Part shown: in pieces, positions 23,884 through 25,491 of the stretch
Numbering within the stretch: position 1 is the stretch's first letter
Layout of the letters: the number at the start of each line of letters is the position of its first letter
IMG/VR virus record: IMGVR_UViG_3300037044_000210
Coordinates: 1 to 25,491 of that record
DNA: 25,491 bases
DNA from: a virus
Taxonomy: Duplodnaviria; Caudoviricetes
Strand: one strand, 5' to 3'
The notes under the pieces: generated by a model
Database searches by the model: none
Told to the model about the DNA's origin: nothing
Seen by the model: only the letters and a program-made list of their open reading frames with translations
Position numbers and translations under genes: made by a program

Positions 23884-23893
23884 AGAAAGAACT

Positions 23894-24000
23894 GGGATGG
23901 TAGTTCAACTGGAACAGAACGTTGAAACAAATTCCTGGGCGCCAGCAAAAGCTACTCCCGGGTGGAAACAAAAATGCAGGTTCGATTCCTGCCCATCCCG
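23894..24000 (+). ncRNA. tRNA-like RNA 2 with expanded anticodon arm (no assignable anticodon)
   Basis: Acceptor GGGATGG/CCATCCC plus G discriminator. TA at 8-9. D arm GTTC-AACTGGAACA-GAAC. T arm GCAGG-TTCGATT-CCTGC. A 50-nt arm (23922-23971) with CCTGGG/CCCGGG and AGC-AAAA-GCT replaces the 17-nt anticodon arm. Confidence 0.88.
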
Positions 24001-24011
24001 CCTTACAGCTC

Positions 24012-24674
24012 ATGCTTGACCACCAATCCATTGCCCGCGTGAAGATGGCCCAGCGCGACGCCGGCCTTGATGATGCAGCGTACCGCCAACTGCTGCTCGA
24101 CCAGGCTGGCGTCACGTCGTGCAAGGATCTGGCTCCTGACCAGGTGGAGGCGGTGATCGAGGCCATCAAGGCGGCGGCGGGAGAGCGCAAGGGGTGGTCA
24201 ATGCGCCAGGTGCAGACCTTCCGTCGGTATGCCCGGCTGGCCGGTCTCGACACGCCCAAGGCCTGGCGCGTGTGGCTCATGGAGCAGAGGCACATCACAA
24301 GTGAGCAATCACCGTACCTCGGTCAATCCGATTTCGACCAGGCGATGTCCGACCTTGAGCAGCTCATTGAAGACAACCTGTCCTCTTCCAAGCTCAAAAA
24401 CCCCACCTACTGGCGGGACAAGCTCCCGGCCCCTGGTCGCATCTCTAGCCGGGAACGTCACCTGATCGATTCTCTCTGGTCTGAACTGGTCGGCTATCTC
24501 CCGGAAGAGCATCGTGCAGAAGCTTATCTGCTAGGCATCGCCGCCCAGGCCGCCCGCAAGCACCTGGATTCCCTGGACAAACTCAAGGCCATGGAAGCCC
24601 TGAAGGTCATCGAAGCCCTCAAGTACAAGCTCAACCACGAGCAGGCCAGCCTGGCCGCCTCGGTTCCATTCTAG
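24012..24674 (+). CDS. gemA: GemA-like protein (Mu gp16, DUF1018)
   Basis: IARVKMAQRDAGLDDAAYRQLL....GVTSCKDL and C-terminal LDKL...EA.KVIEALK; ATG 24012. Confidence 0.85.
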   Translation: MLDHQSIARVKMAQRDAGLDDAAYRQLLLDQAGVTSCKDLAPDQVEAVIEAIKAAAGERKGWSMRQVQTFRRYARLAGLDTPKAWRVWLMEQRHITSEQSPYLGQSDFDQAMSDLEQLIEDNLSSSKLKNPTYWRDKLPAPGRISSRERHLIDSLWSELVGYLPEEHRAEAYLLGIAAQAARKHLDSLDKLKAMEALKVIEALKYKLNHEQASLAASVPF

Positions 24675-24682
24675 GATCAACA

Positions 24683-24943
24683 ATGCCAGCCAAGTGCTCT
24701 GAAATCATCCTGCCGTCTCCTGCCGACAACCATGCCGATGACGCCGCCCTGACTGAAATCGTCATTGAGCTGAGGCGCGCCAGGTCTAAATTCCCTGGCA
24801 ATGACCGTCTCTTCAAGGCGCTGGTTGAAGAAGTCGGAGAGTTGGCCAAGGCAATGCTGGAAGGGGGAAACATCCGCGAAGAGGCCACTCACGTGGCGTG
24901 CGTTGCCATCCGCATCATGACCGAAGGCGAAAGGGTTGGTTGA
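24683..24943 (+). CDS. MazG-like nucleotide pyrophosphohydrolase
   Basis: ALVEEVGELAKAML...IREEATHVACVAIR all-alpha NTP-PPase motif. Confidence 0.75.
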   Translation: MPAKCSEIILPSPADNHADDAALTEIVIELRRARSKFPGNDRLFKALVEEVGELAKAMLEGGNIREEATHVACVAIRIMTEGERVG

Positions 24944-24944
24944 A

Positions 24945-25154
24945 ATGCCTTGCGTCAGGTTCGGCAATGCCATCCTTTGCGGGCCGCGGATATACCGCTG
25001 GCGGGGGTGGCTTTTTGAGATCCACAGCTATCACGGGCCATGGCCACTGCGCAAGCGGGACGGTGATCCCATGCGCCGTATACCGTCCAAGTTTTGGGAC
25101 GCCATGGATGCCTGGTCACATGTACCGAACAAGGCGGCGTTCAGGGTGGTATGA
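24945..25154 (+). CDS. Hypothetical 69-aa protein
   Basis: Fills the gap between neighbours; W.FE.HSY.GP.PL.K.DG pattern. Confidence 0.6.
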   Translation: MPCVRFGNAILCGPRIYRWRGWLFEIHSYHGPWPLRKRDGDPMRRIPSKFWDAMDAWSHVPNKAAFRVV

Positions 25155-25155
25155 G

Positions 25156-25491
25156 ATGAAGGTCTACATCAGCGGTCCGATTACCGGATGTCCTGGTTTT
25201 CGTCGAACGTTCTCGGCGCACCGCAAAGCGTTGATGGCTGAAGGCCATGTCGTTCTCGACCCGTCTCGCCATCCCGATGGCCTGACCTATGCCGAGTACC
25301 TGGACATCGACATGGCCATGATCCGGGCATGCGACGCCGTCGCGAGGATGGAGGGGTGGATGGATTCCCCAGGGGCCAGGGCGGAAGTCGCCTATGCCGA
25401 ATGCCTGGGGAAGGCGCTGATCGACCTTCCCTTGTTTTACCTGAAACGTTCGGTGGTGCAACGCCACCGCAAAGGCGTTGCAGACGCCTAG
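25156..25491 (+). CDS. DUF4406 family (nucleoside 2-deoxyribosyltransferase-like) protein
   Basis: MKVYISGPITG...L...GH.V.DP...Y...D.AMI..CDA....GW.DS.GAR.E...A..LG. Confidence 0.85.
   Translation: MKVYISGPITGCPGFRRTFSAHRKALMAEGHVVLDPSRHPDGLTYAEYLDIDMAMIRACDAVARMEGWMDSPGARAEVAYAECLGKALIDLPLFYLKRSVVQRHRKGVADA

Larger units (their letters stand above)
1..25491. mobile_element. Mu-like transposable prophage (internal portion; B3/BcepMu-like divergent organisation, siphovirus-type tail)
   Basis: MuA DDE transposase, MuB ATPase, Gam and GemA, plus the Mu-type head gene order (terS-terL-portal-MuF-protease I/Z-decoration-capsid T-gp36-gpG). Genes are tightly coupled through ATGA/TGATG overlaps. 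Confidence 0.95.

Noticed and set aside
23894-24000. Ordinary tRNA gene, intron-containing tRNA, or integration att site
   Set aside because: No anticodon stem-loop can be restored, and Mu-like phages integrate by transposition rather than at tRNA sites.
23922-24011. TTG-start N-terminal extension of GemA in the ORF track
   Set aside because: It runs through the tRNA-like cloverleaf; the family motif starts at ATG 24012.
22463-24298. 611-aa minus-strand ORF
   Set aside because: Shadow of MuB, gemA and the tRNA-like RNA; no domain features.

Overview
This window is an internal segment of a Mu-like (transposable) prophage; neither prophage end is visible. It has a B3/BcepMu-type divergent layout. 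The late operon runs leftward on the minus strand from about 13624: putative lysis/accessory genes, terminase small and large subunits, portal, MuF, protease/scaffold, a decoration/fibre protein, major capsid, neck proteins, two paralogous siphovirus-type tail tube genes, and a tail assembly chaperone that runs off the left edge. An XRE repressor sits in the centre. The early operon runs rightward: Bro-N protein, a stand-alone NrdD glycyl-radical fragment, Gam, MuA transposase, MuB ATPase, GemA, a MazG-like protein and DUF4406. The most unusual signal is two tRNA-like RNAs, each behind its own sigma70-type promoter, with intact acceptor, D and T arms but an expanded hairpin where the anticodon loop should be. 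One (about 6663-6769, +) converges on the 3' end of a MuF gene carrying a nuclease-like C-terminal extension, which suggests a tRNA-mimic decoy or antitoxin. The other (23894-24000, +) lies just before gemA. All family calls come from motif recognition and synteny by eye; no searches were run.
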